A stretch of DNA of 64,000 nt from Octopus sinensis (GCF_006345805.1 NC_042999.1:10292001-10356000), one strand, 5' to 3'; positions 13,871-25,529 are shown, counted from the first letter of the stretch. The notes: a model not told the origin generated them from the sequence alone. Numbers and translations are program-made.

Positions 13871-14679
13871 CGCACACTCTTAGAACTAACTTACTAATAG
13901 CAACTACAGTCCTGCTACTGTTTACTAGTGACGTCGGTAATGTTACAGTTTAAACACACGGACCAGTCCCGTCCGAGCGGCAGACATGTGATCAACGGTA
14001 CTCCAACAATGACCACCCTGTCTTTTTAAGGGATGTGTAGTCTTGCATCATCTGATACCTAAGAGGTTCAGGAGACGATATGAGGGAGGTTTAGCTACTA
14101 TTTATAGCCAGACGAGCGAATACAGAGAGGCGTGTTCCCTCTTTCACGCGATTCTTTCTTGTGAACGGTTGAAGCTGGTGCCACCGAAACGGCAGGGACT
14201 AGCAGTAGTAGTAGTAGTAGTGGTGGTGGTACATCAAGAGGTTATATTTCAAGTGTGCGCCTGGAGCGAGCTAGTACTGTTGTGTGTATTAGTGTTAGAG
14301 GAGATTAATCGAAAAAAAAAGAACTCCCTTCTTTCAAACACACACACACACATAACAACAACAACAACAACAACACCTCCAGCAATTCTGAAAACCACGA
14401 TAGATAGATGAAAGGGACTCTTTACGTAAGACAATCGCTACGTCTTATCTTCCATTCTCTGACATTCTTTCTTTTAGTAGGACAAATGAAGAGAGAAATA
14501 AAGAATCGTCCTGTTTGGGTTGTGTTGTCTTTTTTTTCTCTCTTTTTATTCCGTTTCTCAGCCTCTTCTCATTTTGCCTATGTATCGATAATCTATCACT
14601 CTATTTTACACACACATATAAAAGTATATCGGATGTCAAGTCCTATTCGTAACTATATTAGATGTATTTATACGTATAT

Positions 14680-14727
<48 letters not shown>

Positions 14728-14809
14728 AATGCACATATACATGCATATATATAAAAAAAAGCTTATTTGTGTATAGATAGAATGATAGATAAATAGATAG
14801 ATAGATATG

Positions 14810-16050
14810 TTTCTTTATTAGCCACACAGGGCTGCACACAGATAGAACAAATTACAAGGTAGAGCTTTTCTTTTGAAGGTTAAAAAAAGAGAGGGGGGGA
14901 GTTTCGATCAAAAGGGATCGTAAAAGGAGAGAAAGAGGACAAAAAAGGGGGGGATTTAAAAAAAGGGGAGAGGAAAAAATTGATCAATAGGGATCGTTAT
15001 CACAGAAATGTCAATATGAAGTGTAAGGGGAGGACAGTGAGGTTTACCCGTGGAAAGAAGCTACGGAAAGACCACGTCAACCTCGGTCATGAAGTCACAT
15101 GTTATATTTCTGTTTTTTTTTTTTTGCAAATAAGCAACTCTCTGTATTAATTTTTATGGTTCATAGAATCATAGTCAAGGTGGCTTCGTCATTCATACGT
15201 GCCATCCTTGCTACATTCACCCATCTTTTTTTAAAACATTCACTAGACAAAACTTGCCTCTCTACTCTCACTTCCTCTTCAAGTGATACTTGAAGAAGTT
15301 GTTGAGAGATTGACCAGAGAGGAAAGTGTTTGTCTCTATCCTTTCAGGCGCGTCCACCAGATACATTCTTTCGCCATAGCCACAATATGATGAAAATAGC
15401 TCTCCTTCCGCGTTTGAAGGAAGGAGGCGTGACAATATTGACGATAGACTCAGCTGATAAACCGACTCGTCCCACACGTGACAGCAGTCGTTCGACATAA
15501 GCCCACAGGTCGGAAATTGTTGGACACTGCACGAGTGCGTGCAGAACGGTTTCGTCGCTCTGACCGCATCTCGGGCAGGTCGGCCCGTGTTTTCTCAGCC
15601 TGTCTGTAGAGCTTATCTCGAACGGCAGCGCTTCTCGGTAGCACTGCCAGGCCAGGGATCTCTGGAAGTTGTCCATGGGCCCTGGCCCGAAAGTCGTCCT
15701 GAACAGTCAGGCACGACGGTCAGGCGGTAGTAGATGACGGACGCGATGTACGAGTTCACCACCTCCGCCCGACCTTTTAGGGACAGTTCCTCTCGGCCCA
15801 TTGCCGGGCGAGAGTGACCACCCTACTCGTTATCTCGCTCCAGTTCTTCTCCATTTGGAGGTCCGGACCAAACGAGACCCCGAGCAACTCGACCGGACCG
15901 TCAGTCCAGCGTCCCACGACGGAGGCGCTGGTGGACGGCATGGGCTTGCTTGTCCAGGTGCCGAGTCGCAAGCCCACTGACTTTTCCCGGTTGATTTTCG
16001 CTCCTGTCACCGCTTCGTAGTCTTTCAGTGTCTCGCCGACCTGCATCACT
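14810..16050 (-). mobile_element. Tx1/L1-clade LINE 3' part (end of RT, internal deletion, zinc finger, 3'UTR)
   Basis: YEAVTGAKINREKS...LLGVSFG...LSLKGRAEVVNSYIASVIYY joins directly to SLAWQCYREALP...CPRCGQSDETVLHALVQCP. The 3'UTR ends ...gccctgtgtggctaataaagaaa next to (TATC)n. Confidence 0.9.
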
Positions 16051-16051
16051 G

Positions 16052-16187
16052 TGACTTAGCGGTTCGGCAAAAGAATAAGCATCAGGCTTTTTAAAAAAAC
16101 AAGTATGAGTGTTGATTCATTCGGCTAAAAATTCTTCAAGGCAGTGCCCCAGCATGGCCGTAGTCTAATGACTGAAACAAGTAAGCG
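16052..16187 (+). mobile_element. SINE family B, 3' fragment
   Basis: ttagcggttcggcaaaag...ccagcatggccg..atgactgaaacaagtaa, shared with the full copies at 36305, 54018 and 55950. Confidence 0.85.
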
Positions 16188-16233
<46 letters not shown>

Positions 16234-16304
16234 TGCGTGTGTATAACCCAGCCTTCACACAGGTCAGAAGGGATAAGCATACCTCTGTTGAACAACCATT
16301 AATG

Positions 16305-16440
16305 TTATACTGTCTGAAGAAATGAATTCTTGACGATGATCAACCCGATGACCACGGATACTAAGAACTACACTGTAATCATGCCAGGACTGTGTTCCTA
16401 AGAAATATGTGAATTTGGAAACGCGCGTAGCGATGCATTA
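16305..16440 (+). ncRNA. Putative Penelope-type type-I hammerhead ribozyme with long stem II
   Basis: CTGAAGA at 16314-16320; GAAAC-GCGC-GTA at 16418-16429 (short stem III, palindromic loop, GUA site). Stem II gaattc/gaattt; stem I tactgt/gcgatg is wobble-rich. Confidence 0.45.
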
Positions 16441-16643
16441 AATGTTTATAAACTCTATCCAAGGATTAGTGTTATTATAATTACGCTGGGGTAAAATATA
16501 CGAAGCCCAGCATACCCACCATGACTACCCGTCTGAGAAGGGTACACCAGGCACATGCATCACAACCATATGTGTGCGACATGGTGATCTAATATCAAGA
16601 TAAACAACGCATCACTTTGCAGGTGGAGCCCAGTTAGAATTTT

Positions 16644-18660
16644 CTTCTGGTCGAGTAACCAATCCCGCTCAAAAGGTCCCTGAATAAGGGTTGATTGAGG
16701 ATCATGAACGAAACATTCATGTTTGAATTACCAACAGAGGATATCTTCACTTAGCTGGGTTGCATTGTCTACACACACAACAGGAATATTGAGTATAAAT
16801 ACCCCCTAAACGGAGTCTTGATATTCAATATTCAAATAATATTGTTGGGTGTGCAGATTATACCGAACTAGCAAGGTGCCTCAATTTAAGTTCCTAATTC
16901 AACTGAATCTTTATTATACATATAATTTAATAAGAGCTTGATTCGGTTCCATGCATCTTAAGCTTCGTAGGTTCCTTTCAGACTTAAGTTGCTTAAAACA
17001 CAATGAAGTTGTTATTAAATACATAATATATGTAACTCCAACCAAATGTGTTGAATACCTAGTCTTTCGTTTGTTCACTTACTAGTGTATGTACGTGTGT
17101 GTACGTGTGTGTGTGTATGTGTGTGTGTGTGTGCGTGTGCGTGTGTGTGTGTATGTGTGTGCGTGTGTGCATGCACGTATGTATGTATGTCTTTAAACTG
17201 CGTCCGGTTGTTGGAGGAATGTGGAACCACATTTTGGCCACCATTGTTCCCAGGTCAACTCTGACCCGGAGTAGCAGCCCCTGTTAGGGTCCCAGCTTAG
17301 GGTTAATTAACATGTGAACCACTGGGAGTGAAGGGCCCTTAGTTCCGGTTAGAACTTCCTTCTAGGGGAAGGTAAACTCTTATATAGAAAAAAATAAAAG
17401 ACCTCAAGGGCAGTCGGTTCCCGTCGTGTTTCTGGTTTATAATTGGTTCCCCTGGGTTCTGTGCTGTGCAGATTTATCCACTCAAAACAAATTCAATGAC
17501 AGGATTTCTTGGACTCTTGGAACGTTTGCACAGACTTACTGAGTTTAGGAAGTGGTCTTATTCGGTTAGGACTTGATTTCCACCATGTATGTATGTATTA
17601 TTTATNNNNNNNNNNNNNNNNNNNNNNNNNNNNNNNNNNNNNNNNNNNNNNNNNNNNNNNNNNNNNNNNNNNNNNNNNNNNNNNNNNNNNNNNNNNNNNN
17701 NNNNNTTTCTTCTGGTCGAGTAACCAATCCCGCTCAAAAGGTCCCTGAATAAGGGTTGATTGAGGATCATGAACGAAACATTAATGTTTGAATTACCAAC
17801 AGAGGATATCTTCACTTAGCTGGGTTGCATTGTCTACACACACAACAGAATATTGAGTATAAATACCCCCTAAACGGAGTCTTGATATTCAATATTCAAA
17901 TAATAATTGTTGGGTAGTGTGCAGATTATACCGAACTAGCAAGGTGCCTCAATTAAGTTCCTAATTAAATGAATCTTTATTATACATTAATTTAATCAAG
18001 AGCTTGATTCGGTTCCATGCATCTTAAGCTTCGTAGGTTCCTTTCAGACTTAAGTTGCTTAAAACACAATGAGTTGTTATTAAATACATAATATATGTAA
18101 CTCAACCAATGTGTTGAATACCTAGTCTTTCGTTGTTCACTTACTAGTGTATGTACGTGTGTGTACGTGTGTGTGTGTATGGGTGTGTGTGGTGGTGTTG
18201 CGTGGTGTGTGTGTATGTGTGTGGTTGTGTGCATGCACGTATTATGTATGTCTTTAATGGTCCGGTTGTTGGAGGAATGTGGAACCACATTTTTGGCCAC
18301 CATTGTTCCCAGGTCAACTCTGACCCGGAGTAGCCCCTGTTAGGGTCCCAGCTTAGGGTTAATTAACATGTGAACCACTGGGAGTGAAGGGCCCTTAGTT
18401 TCCGGTTAGTTAGAACTTCCTTCTAGGGGAAGGTAAACTCTTATATAGAAAAAAAAAAGACCTCAAGGGCAGTCGGTTCCCGGTCGTGTTTCTGGTTTTA
18501 TAATTGGTTCCCCTGGGTTCTGTGCTGTGCAGCATTTTATCCACTCAAAACAAATTCAATGACAGGAATTTCTTGGACTCTTGGAACGTTTGCACAGACT
18601 TACTGAGTTTAGGAAGTGGTCTTATTCGGTTAGGACTTGATTTCCACCATGTATGTATGT
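16644..18660 (+). repeat. ~960-bp direct duplication flanking an assembly gap
   Basis: 16644-17605 is repeated at 17706-~18660, differing mostly by 1-bp indels. Confidence 0.95.
17606..17705. other. Scaffold gap (100 N)
   Basis: Run of exactly 100 N. Confidence 1.
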
Positions 18661-18713
18661 ATGTATGTATGTATGTATGTATGTATGTATGTATGTATGT
18701 ATGTATGTATATG

Positions 18714-19260
18714 TCAGGTCACTTTCGAGTGCTGCTGGTAACATTTAACCAGTAAACCTGTTGCATGGTCGGGCGTCGGCGACTAAATTGCAACACCCAC
18801 CAAGCTTGCTTGGTGAGGAGGGTGTTTATTGGACACCCTGCGGGATGAAAAAACCAAACCCGTCAAGGGCGGAGAAACTCTTGAGAGTCAACGGCCATCC
18901 AATAAATGTCTTAAAGGCTGTATCATGCGCAGAGACGTAGAAATATCGGACTGAATACCGATCGCGCGTTTATTAAACCATTGGGAGTGAAGGACTCCTA
19001 GCCTTTGTTAGTGCATCCTTCTAGGAGAAGTAACTCAGGTACTGGGATAACTCCGACATAAACCTGCGGCTAGTGGTTACCGTGATGTTGACTTGTTTTT
19101 CTTTTCGGATTATTGCTGCTGTTGCTTAGTGAGTGGGATTGACTCAGTGCACAGCCTTCCACGCTTTAGAAAAAAATCTTCTTGCACAGGCATTGAACGA
19201 TAACAACATTGATTAAGCTTCGTGCAATGGCCATACTCGATAACAAGGGGGCAGCCACCA
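18714..19260 (+). mobile_element. Unclassified interspersed repeat resembling a LINE 5'UTR, embedded in (TATG)n
   Basis: Contains ctaggagaagtaactc...taaacc, similar to ctaggggaaggtaaactc at ~17360. Several hairpins; (TATG)n on both sides. Confidence 0.35.
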
Positions 19261-19489
19261 TGTATGTATGTGTATGTATGTATATGTGTGTGTATGTAAG
19301 CATGTATGTATGTATGTATGTATGTATGTATGTATGTATGTATGTATGTTACGTACGCATGTGTGTATGTATGTGTATATATGCATGTGTATATATGTAT
19401 GTGTGTGTGTGTATGTATGTGTGTATGTATGTATGTGTGTATGTATGTATGTATGTATGTATTTATGTATGTATGTATGTATGTATGTA

Positions 19490-19544
<55 letters not shown>

Positions 19545-19617
19545 TTTTTACTGCATAAACGTCACCAACAGCCTGACGGCACGTGCCTGGCATGTATGTA
19601 TGTATATATGTATTTAT

Positions 19618-19878
19618 GTCTTCTATTTTTTAACTATTATAAATCTTCCACCGAGGAGGGAACCGGTTTCCAACAAAGGTACAAGGCTCCATCTTTGGGA
19701 TGTAGTTAACACTGACAAATTCACATTTGGAACTTGAGAAAAGTCTTGCATACTTTTACTGTTCCGCTCACAGATTGCACTTGTAATGTACGAATCAGCC
19801 GGTCGATTTCTCTTTCTGAAAATCCCTGTTTATTCTTTAAGCATTTACTTATGAAACTTAGTGCTCCAACTATTATTG
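19618..19878 (-). mobile_element. R4/Dong-type (RLE) LINE 3' fragment
   Basis: PIIVGALSFISKCLK..GFSEREIDRLIRTLQVQSVSGTVKVCKTFLKFQM plus 3'UTR, nearly identical to 62420-62695. Confidence 0.85.
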
Positions 19879-19954
19879 GTATGTATGTATGTATGTATGT
19901 ATGTATGTATGTATGTATGTATGTATGGTGTATGTATGTATGTATGTATAATTT

Positions 19955-20790
19955 AGGAAAGCAAGTGATGCTTTCGGAAGGCTAGAAAAGCGCCTCTGGA
20001 GTCGGCGAGACATATGCAGAAAGACAAAGATAAAGGTGTACAAGGCATTTGTGCTCCCTTCTCTTCTCTATGCCTGCAAGACCTGGGTCACATATCGATA
20101 CCACCTTAAACAACTGGAACGTTTCCATCAGATGTGCCTCAGACGGATCTATGGTCTTAAGTAGGAGGACCGCATCAGTGATCTTGAAATATGGAAGGCT
20201 CTCGATGTGAAAGTATAGAAGCTCTTGTGTTAAAGCAAAGGCTCAGATGGAGTTGCCATCTGGTCAGGATGAAGGAATTCAGGATGCCAAAAACTCTTTT
20301 ATGGAAAGTAGCTAAAGGAGAACGACCTCCACATAAACCAAATAAGTGGTATAAGGACTTGCTGAAGGCTTCCTTAAGAGATGCTTGCATCTTTCCTGAC
20401 ACATGGTGGGGGGGGTGGCATAGCTATTGATCGTCGCAGGTGGAGAAGGATTGTGCACGGGAGGACAGCTACTTTTGAGAAATCTTGAGTTGTGCATGAG
20501 AAAGTAAGGAGGGATGTCAGGAAGGGCATCGTTGTTGCAGTTCCAGATGGTAAGGGTCTTCCTATGATGCTGACATGCAGTGTCTGTGCAAGACCCTGCC
20601 TCAGTAAAGCTGGACTCAAGAGCCATCTTCGTAGTCATAAAGCGAGACAGATGAGTGACAACCTGGCCACTGGTGGTGGTGTAACACACCATACTAATCA
20701 TATCTGCCAGGCTTGTGGAAGAGAGTGTAATTCGGCAGGAGGACTTAAACGACATGAAGCCCAGTTACAACTACAGCCGGTATGATTAAT
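19955..20790 (+). mobile_element. RTE-clade LINE 3' fragment with two C2H2-like fingers
   Basis: RKASDAFGRLEKRLW...YKAFVLPSLLYACKTW...RLRWSCHLVRM...CSVCARPCLSKAGLKSHLRSH...CQACGRECNSAGGLKRH, with frameshifts. Confidence 0.9.
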
Positions 20791-21088
20791 GGAAAGAGAA
20801 ACAGAGTCAGGCAACTCAAGAGATGGAAAGACAACATCGCATGGACAGGTCTTGACATAGTTTGTATCGTAACGTAAGTTACTCGCCGCCAATTATTGTA
20901 ATATCGCCACTGTTTATGACGATACTTTTTTTACACTATAACCGCGGAGTAACAATAACCATAGAACGAAGCTGGGTGACAACAGTGTAATAATCCAACA
21001 AACTCTCCACAGACTACACATCGAACCAACAAACGATATTCCGATAAACTACCAAAACGACACCTGACGACTTCCTGCGATTAACGCC

Positions 21089-21133
<45 letters not shown>

Positions 21134-21297
21134 ACTGCTACTATTTATAGCCGTTCTGTTAAGTCTGTTCTTGCAGGGAGGGTCGTGACTCTCGCCACAA
21201 CAGTTTGCTTCTATGCTCTTGCCCAAAGATCGAATATTATGGAGGGGCAACTATCTCATGCTGGTGCGCATTCTGATGCAAGCGGAGACAGTGAAAA

Positions 21298-21459
21298 ATG
21301 ATGACGACGATGATGATGATGACGATGACGATGATGATGATGATGATGATGATAATGATGATGGTGATGATGATGATGATGATGATGATGATGTGATGAT
21401 GATGATGATGACGATGACGATGATGACGACGACGACGATGATGATGATAATGATGATGG

Positions 21460-21506
<47 letters not shown>

Positions 21507-21520
21507 GTGATGGTGATGAT
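21298..21520. repeat. (GAT)n trinucleotide microsatellite
   Basis: Seen directly in the sequence. Confidence 0.95.
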
Positions 21521-21584
21521 TACACACACACACACACACACACACATACTGAATTGCGAATTAAAAGCAGCGCTAGTATTGTAA

Positions 21585-21855
21585 ACATTATCAACCGCAC
21601 ATATCCAATGTTTGTATCTTTCTTGTTCGCCGTTTCGCTGCCAGGTAGCGCTTTGGAGACGACTCTCTCATAATTCTGGGTATTAAAACATCTGGAAGTC
21701 ATAGACAGGCGGGTCTAATCGCATCCACACCCGCCTATATATGACTTTCCAGTGTTTTCCCACAAGTGCTATGAGGGAGTCGTCCCCAAAACGCTGTGCA
21801 GCAGCGAACCCCGGCGAACAAGCAAAATACATACATTGAGTGTGCGCGATCGATA

Positions 21856-21859
<4 letters not shown>
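21585..21859. mobile_element. Foldback/MITE-like imperfect palindrome (~130-bp arms, 14-nt loop)
   Basis: acattatc...cttgttcgccg...gacgactctctcata...gtcatagacaggcgggt | ctaatcgcatccac | acccgcctatatatgac...tatgagggagtcgtc...cggcgaacaag...gataatgt. Confidence 0.75.
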
Positions 21860-21907
<48 letters not shown>

Positions 21908-21929
21908 TGTGTGTGTGTGTGTTTGCGTG

Positions 21930-22135
21930 CCTTGTGTCTGTGTTTGTCACCCGCTGGACAGTTTGACAAGCGGTGTTGGTTTGTTTATGACCCCGAACGT
22001 AGTGCTTCGGCAAAACAGACCCATAGAATAAGTGCCAGGCTTTAAAAATATAAAGGGTCGATTCAGTCGACTAACAATCCTGCAAGACGGTGCCCCGAAA
22101 TGGCCGCAGTCCAATGACTGAAACAAGTAAAAGAC
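21930..22135 (+). mobile_element. SINE family B, 3' half
   Basis: gtttgacaagcggtgttggt...agaataagt...atggccgcagtccaatgactgaaacaagtaaaaga. Confidence 0.85.
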
Positions 22136-22166
22136 ATCGTGATAGTCCCAAATGCGGTCAATACAA

Positions 22167-22204
<38 letters not shown>

Positions 22205-22616
22205 GCAATATTCATATGCGTGGGCGGGCGGGCGGGCGCGCACCCAGAGCTCAGAAAGAGACGTGATTCCATATCCCGCCGGGATCTCTTTATATTCCTA
22301 CAAAACAATTATGTCTTTGTCCAATGGAAGGAGCGGGGCTGGGGGAGGGTGTGTGTGTTCTCCACTCGTTTGCTTTTCCTTGGGATTATTTTAGTCCATT
22401 TGTTTGTTGTTGCTTTTTGCTTTGTTGTTGTTTTAATGTTTTTGTTGCTTTTGTTTTGTTTTGTTTTTCTATTTTTATTTCTCTATATTTAAACTAAATT
22501 GCCTCTCTATCTGCGAGCTATTATAACTTCACCTCAGATCACACATTAACTCCTATAAATAGCTATTTATGAATAAACACTTCAAACACAGGCACATATA
22601 CACATGATTATTGTTA

Positions 22617-22658
<42 letters not shown>

Positions 22659-22867
22659 GAAAACTCTTAGCTTATTTTGCTGGGCATGATGAAAAGGGAC
22701 ACTTTTCATCATACCCAGCAGACCAAGGTGACACTTGTTTTACTGGTCATGCTTCAAGAACCCTGCGAAGAATTCTTGCAGTTCCAAGCAATGATGATTT
22801 TTGTTGGTGTTCTACCTTCACACTTGCACCAATCCTTTATCATTGTTATTATTATTATTATTATTAT

Positions 22868-22938
<71 letters not shown>

Positions 22939-24049
22939 CAGCAGCATTATTATGGACAGATCGAAATTTAGAAGTCACTTGGCCTTACTGATCAGAGTGA
23001 TCTCAGATCTGTGAGGTTCCTTGGTTGGCCCAAGCTGGAGCCCTCCTACATCAGCAGGACTCTTTCATTACTTTTATTATGCGTACTTTTATCTTCTTTC
23101 TTTTTTCTTTTTCTTTGATTTCTATGCAAATCCCTATCCTTGATATAACTGACAAATATAATGGTTCACTTCATCTAGCGACATCTAGTGGTAAATGAAG
23201 GAAATTATATTGTTAGGAGAGGACGCATATACTTACTTCTTCAACAGAACCCCGCCGCCCCCCCCCCCCCTCGGCCGACTTTTTCAGATTCCATTCGGAA
23301 AAGAAAGTGATGGAGAGAAGGAACATTCACTCCATTAGTGAAGTTATCAAATGGTCGGGGAATGTGACAAAAAGGGTTCGAATAAGAGGAACTCCTCCAA
23401 GCATGACCCTGTAAATCGGAGAACAACAGCTGAGAGAGAGCATGTGCCCTGGATGGTTAGATTGATCATGGTCTTGTGGTCTACTTTGATTCTTACTTGG
23501 TTCGACATCGAGGAAGACAGTATCATCCATATATTCATAAATGTTGAATACTTAACTCGACATCTGTTTCAGGAAGCCCAGCATTACGTAAAAATCATAA
23601 TAATCGTAGAGCTACATATTTTCTGCATACATTCTGAATGCTATATAAGATTTTCATTTTATTTCTCCCTATTTTTTCCTTCTCTCGGTTTTATGCAAAT
23701 CCTAACTCACTAACCCTTTTGTAGAAATTATAACCTATTTTTGTAATGAACACCTCATCCGAAGCCATTTTAACAAATAAAAGATATTATTATGCGGCAC
23801 CTGGAATACCGTCAGGTGCCCACCATCCTCTACCAGCCGATCAAGGCAGTCGCTGGAAGTCCTACGATAACAACATATAGAGATCTAGAAGTGGATCAGA
23901 GCGATGAGGTTCTCAATGAAATTCTGGGCGTCGACTACGACAAAGTAGCGGGTCCGTTTCAGAGGATTTTCGGCCTGGAAACTACCATGGATAACTTACA
24001 GAGGTTAGTCAAAACTTCGTGGACTTTTTTAAAGTTCCATTTGAAAAAG

Positions 24050-24450
24050 AACGTGTCTTCTACTACAGCCCCGGGCCGACCAATGTCTTGTAAGTGAATT
24101 TGGTAGATGGAAGCTAGCCTCTTCTTCAGAATGTTCAGGTCGAAACTTTGAAGTCACTGTCACCATTCTTTTTGTAAAAATATAATGAGTATGTGTTCTA
24201 CATTAAACGAAACATTAACGTGTGTGTGTGTGTGCTTGTGTGCTTGTCATCTTCCTCCACCGTCTGACAACCAGTGTAGGTTTGTTTACATCCCCGTAAA
24301 TTAGCGGTTCGACAACATAGACCGATCTTTAAATATAGACCAAACTTTAAATACAAAACGTAAGCAGTGGAATCGATTTGTTCGATTAAAGTCCTTGAAG
24401 ACAGTGCCCCAGCATGGCCGCAGTCCAATGATTGAAACAAGCAAAAGATA
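24050..24450 (+). mobile_element. SINE family B fragments (5' piece 24050-24115, 3' piece 24230-24450)
   Basis: tcttctactacagccccgggccgacc... and gacaaccagtgtagg...cagcatggccgcagtccaatgattgaaacaag. Confidence 0.8.
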
Positions 24451-25321
24451 TATATATATATATATATATATATGTTTGTACGTGTATATGTGTGTATACA
24501 CACACACATATACAAATGCACGCGCGAACACATGCACGAACATAAGCACGCTCACACGCATATGCGCTTTTTGTGTGTGTGCGTGCGTGTGTGTGTGTAT
24601 GTGTGCGTGCGTGTGTGTGTGCGCGCGTGCGCGTGCGTGTGTGTGTGTGTGTGTGCGTGCGTGTGTGTGTGTGCGTGTGCGCGCGCGCGCGCGTGTGTGT
24701 GTGTATGTATGTGTGTGTGTGTGTGTGTGTAGCTGAGATTAACAGACCGCATTTTTCTTTCTCAGTTCAGAGCCACCATATTAGCTGGAACCAGCGTTGC
24801 TTATGGCCACAGCCGTGTTTGTTCTGTCGCTTCCGGTGTGGACTTTAGCCTCCACTTGGGGCCGTCTTTGTAGTTTCCTTCTGTTAGTATAGCATTTGTA
24901 CTACTTTTATGGTAGGTCTATGTGGATTTAATAATAAATATTTTCGTACATTTTGAAGAATGCGCAGCAAGAACACCTACGAAATATGTCTGTAAACAAT
25001 AAGATTGCAGACATATTTGCGAAATATGTGTTTTTACGTAGTTGGATATTAAAGACAAATGTTTGGCTTCGCTATATTTTTGTTGCGCACCTGTTTCTCA
25101 TCAAAGATTTTGTTTTCCTGGAAATAAATGCTCGGTTCCATTGTACATGTTCCGTTCGTCTTTATAACAAATCCACATGAGCATGGAACTACAGCATCCG
25201 ACTATTTGCAGGACCAAAGTCAGCAACAAACTGTTTCTAAGAGGTTGGTGTGGGGGGGGGGGGAATAAACACTATTGATTTTCTTAAACTAAAACTCCAG
25301 GGGCCTGAGAAAGAAGTCTTC

Positions 25322-25500
25322 AGGCGTGGCCGTGTGATTAGGAGCTTGCTTTCCAACCACGCGATTCCATGTGCAGTGCCACTGTGTGGCACCTTGGGCA
25401 GGTGTCTTCTACTATAGCCTCGAGTCGACCAAATCCTTGTGAGTGGATTTCGCAGACGGAAACTGAAAGGAAGCAGTCGTGTGTGTGTGTGAGCAACGTC
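25322..25500 (+). mobile_element. SINE family B, 5' half
   Basis: ggcgtggccgtgtg...agcttgctttccaaccac...gcaccttgggcaggtgtcttctactatagcc...gacggaaactgaaag. Confidence 0.85.
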
Positions 25501-25529
25501 ATGTCAGAATGGACAACATCAATATATTT

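Noticed and set aside
17202-17330. HDV-like ribozyme fold: P2 ttcccag/ctgggag, P3 ggt/acc and a partial P1 can be drawn
   Set aside because: L3 lacks the U-C-C..G pattern, the GG needed for P1.1 is absent in this copy, and no C-x-A-A J4/2 precedes P2'.
21213-21584. Poly-Asp/His/Ser ORFs
   Set aside because: (GAT)n microsatellite.
23241-23560. Three overlapping minus-strand ORFs with a gaa|gtaagt donor
   Set aside because: No frame gives a recognisable motif or a consistent exon ending at the donor.
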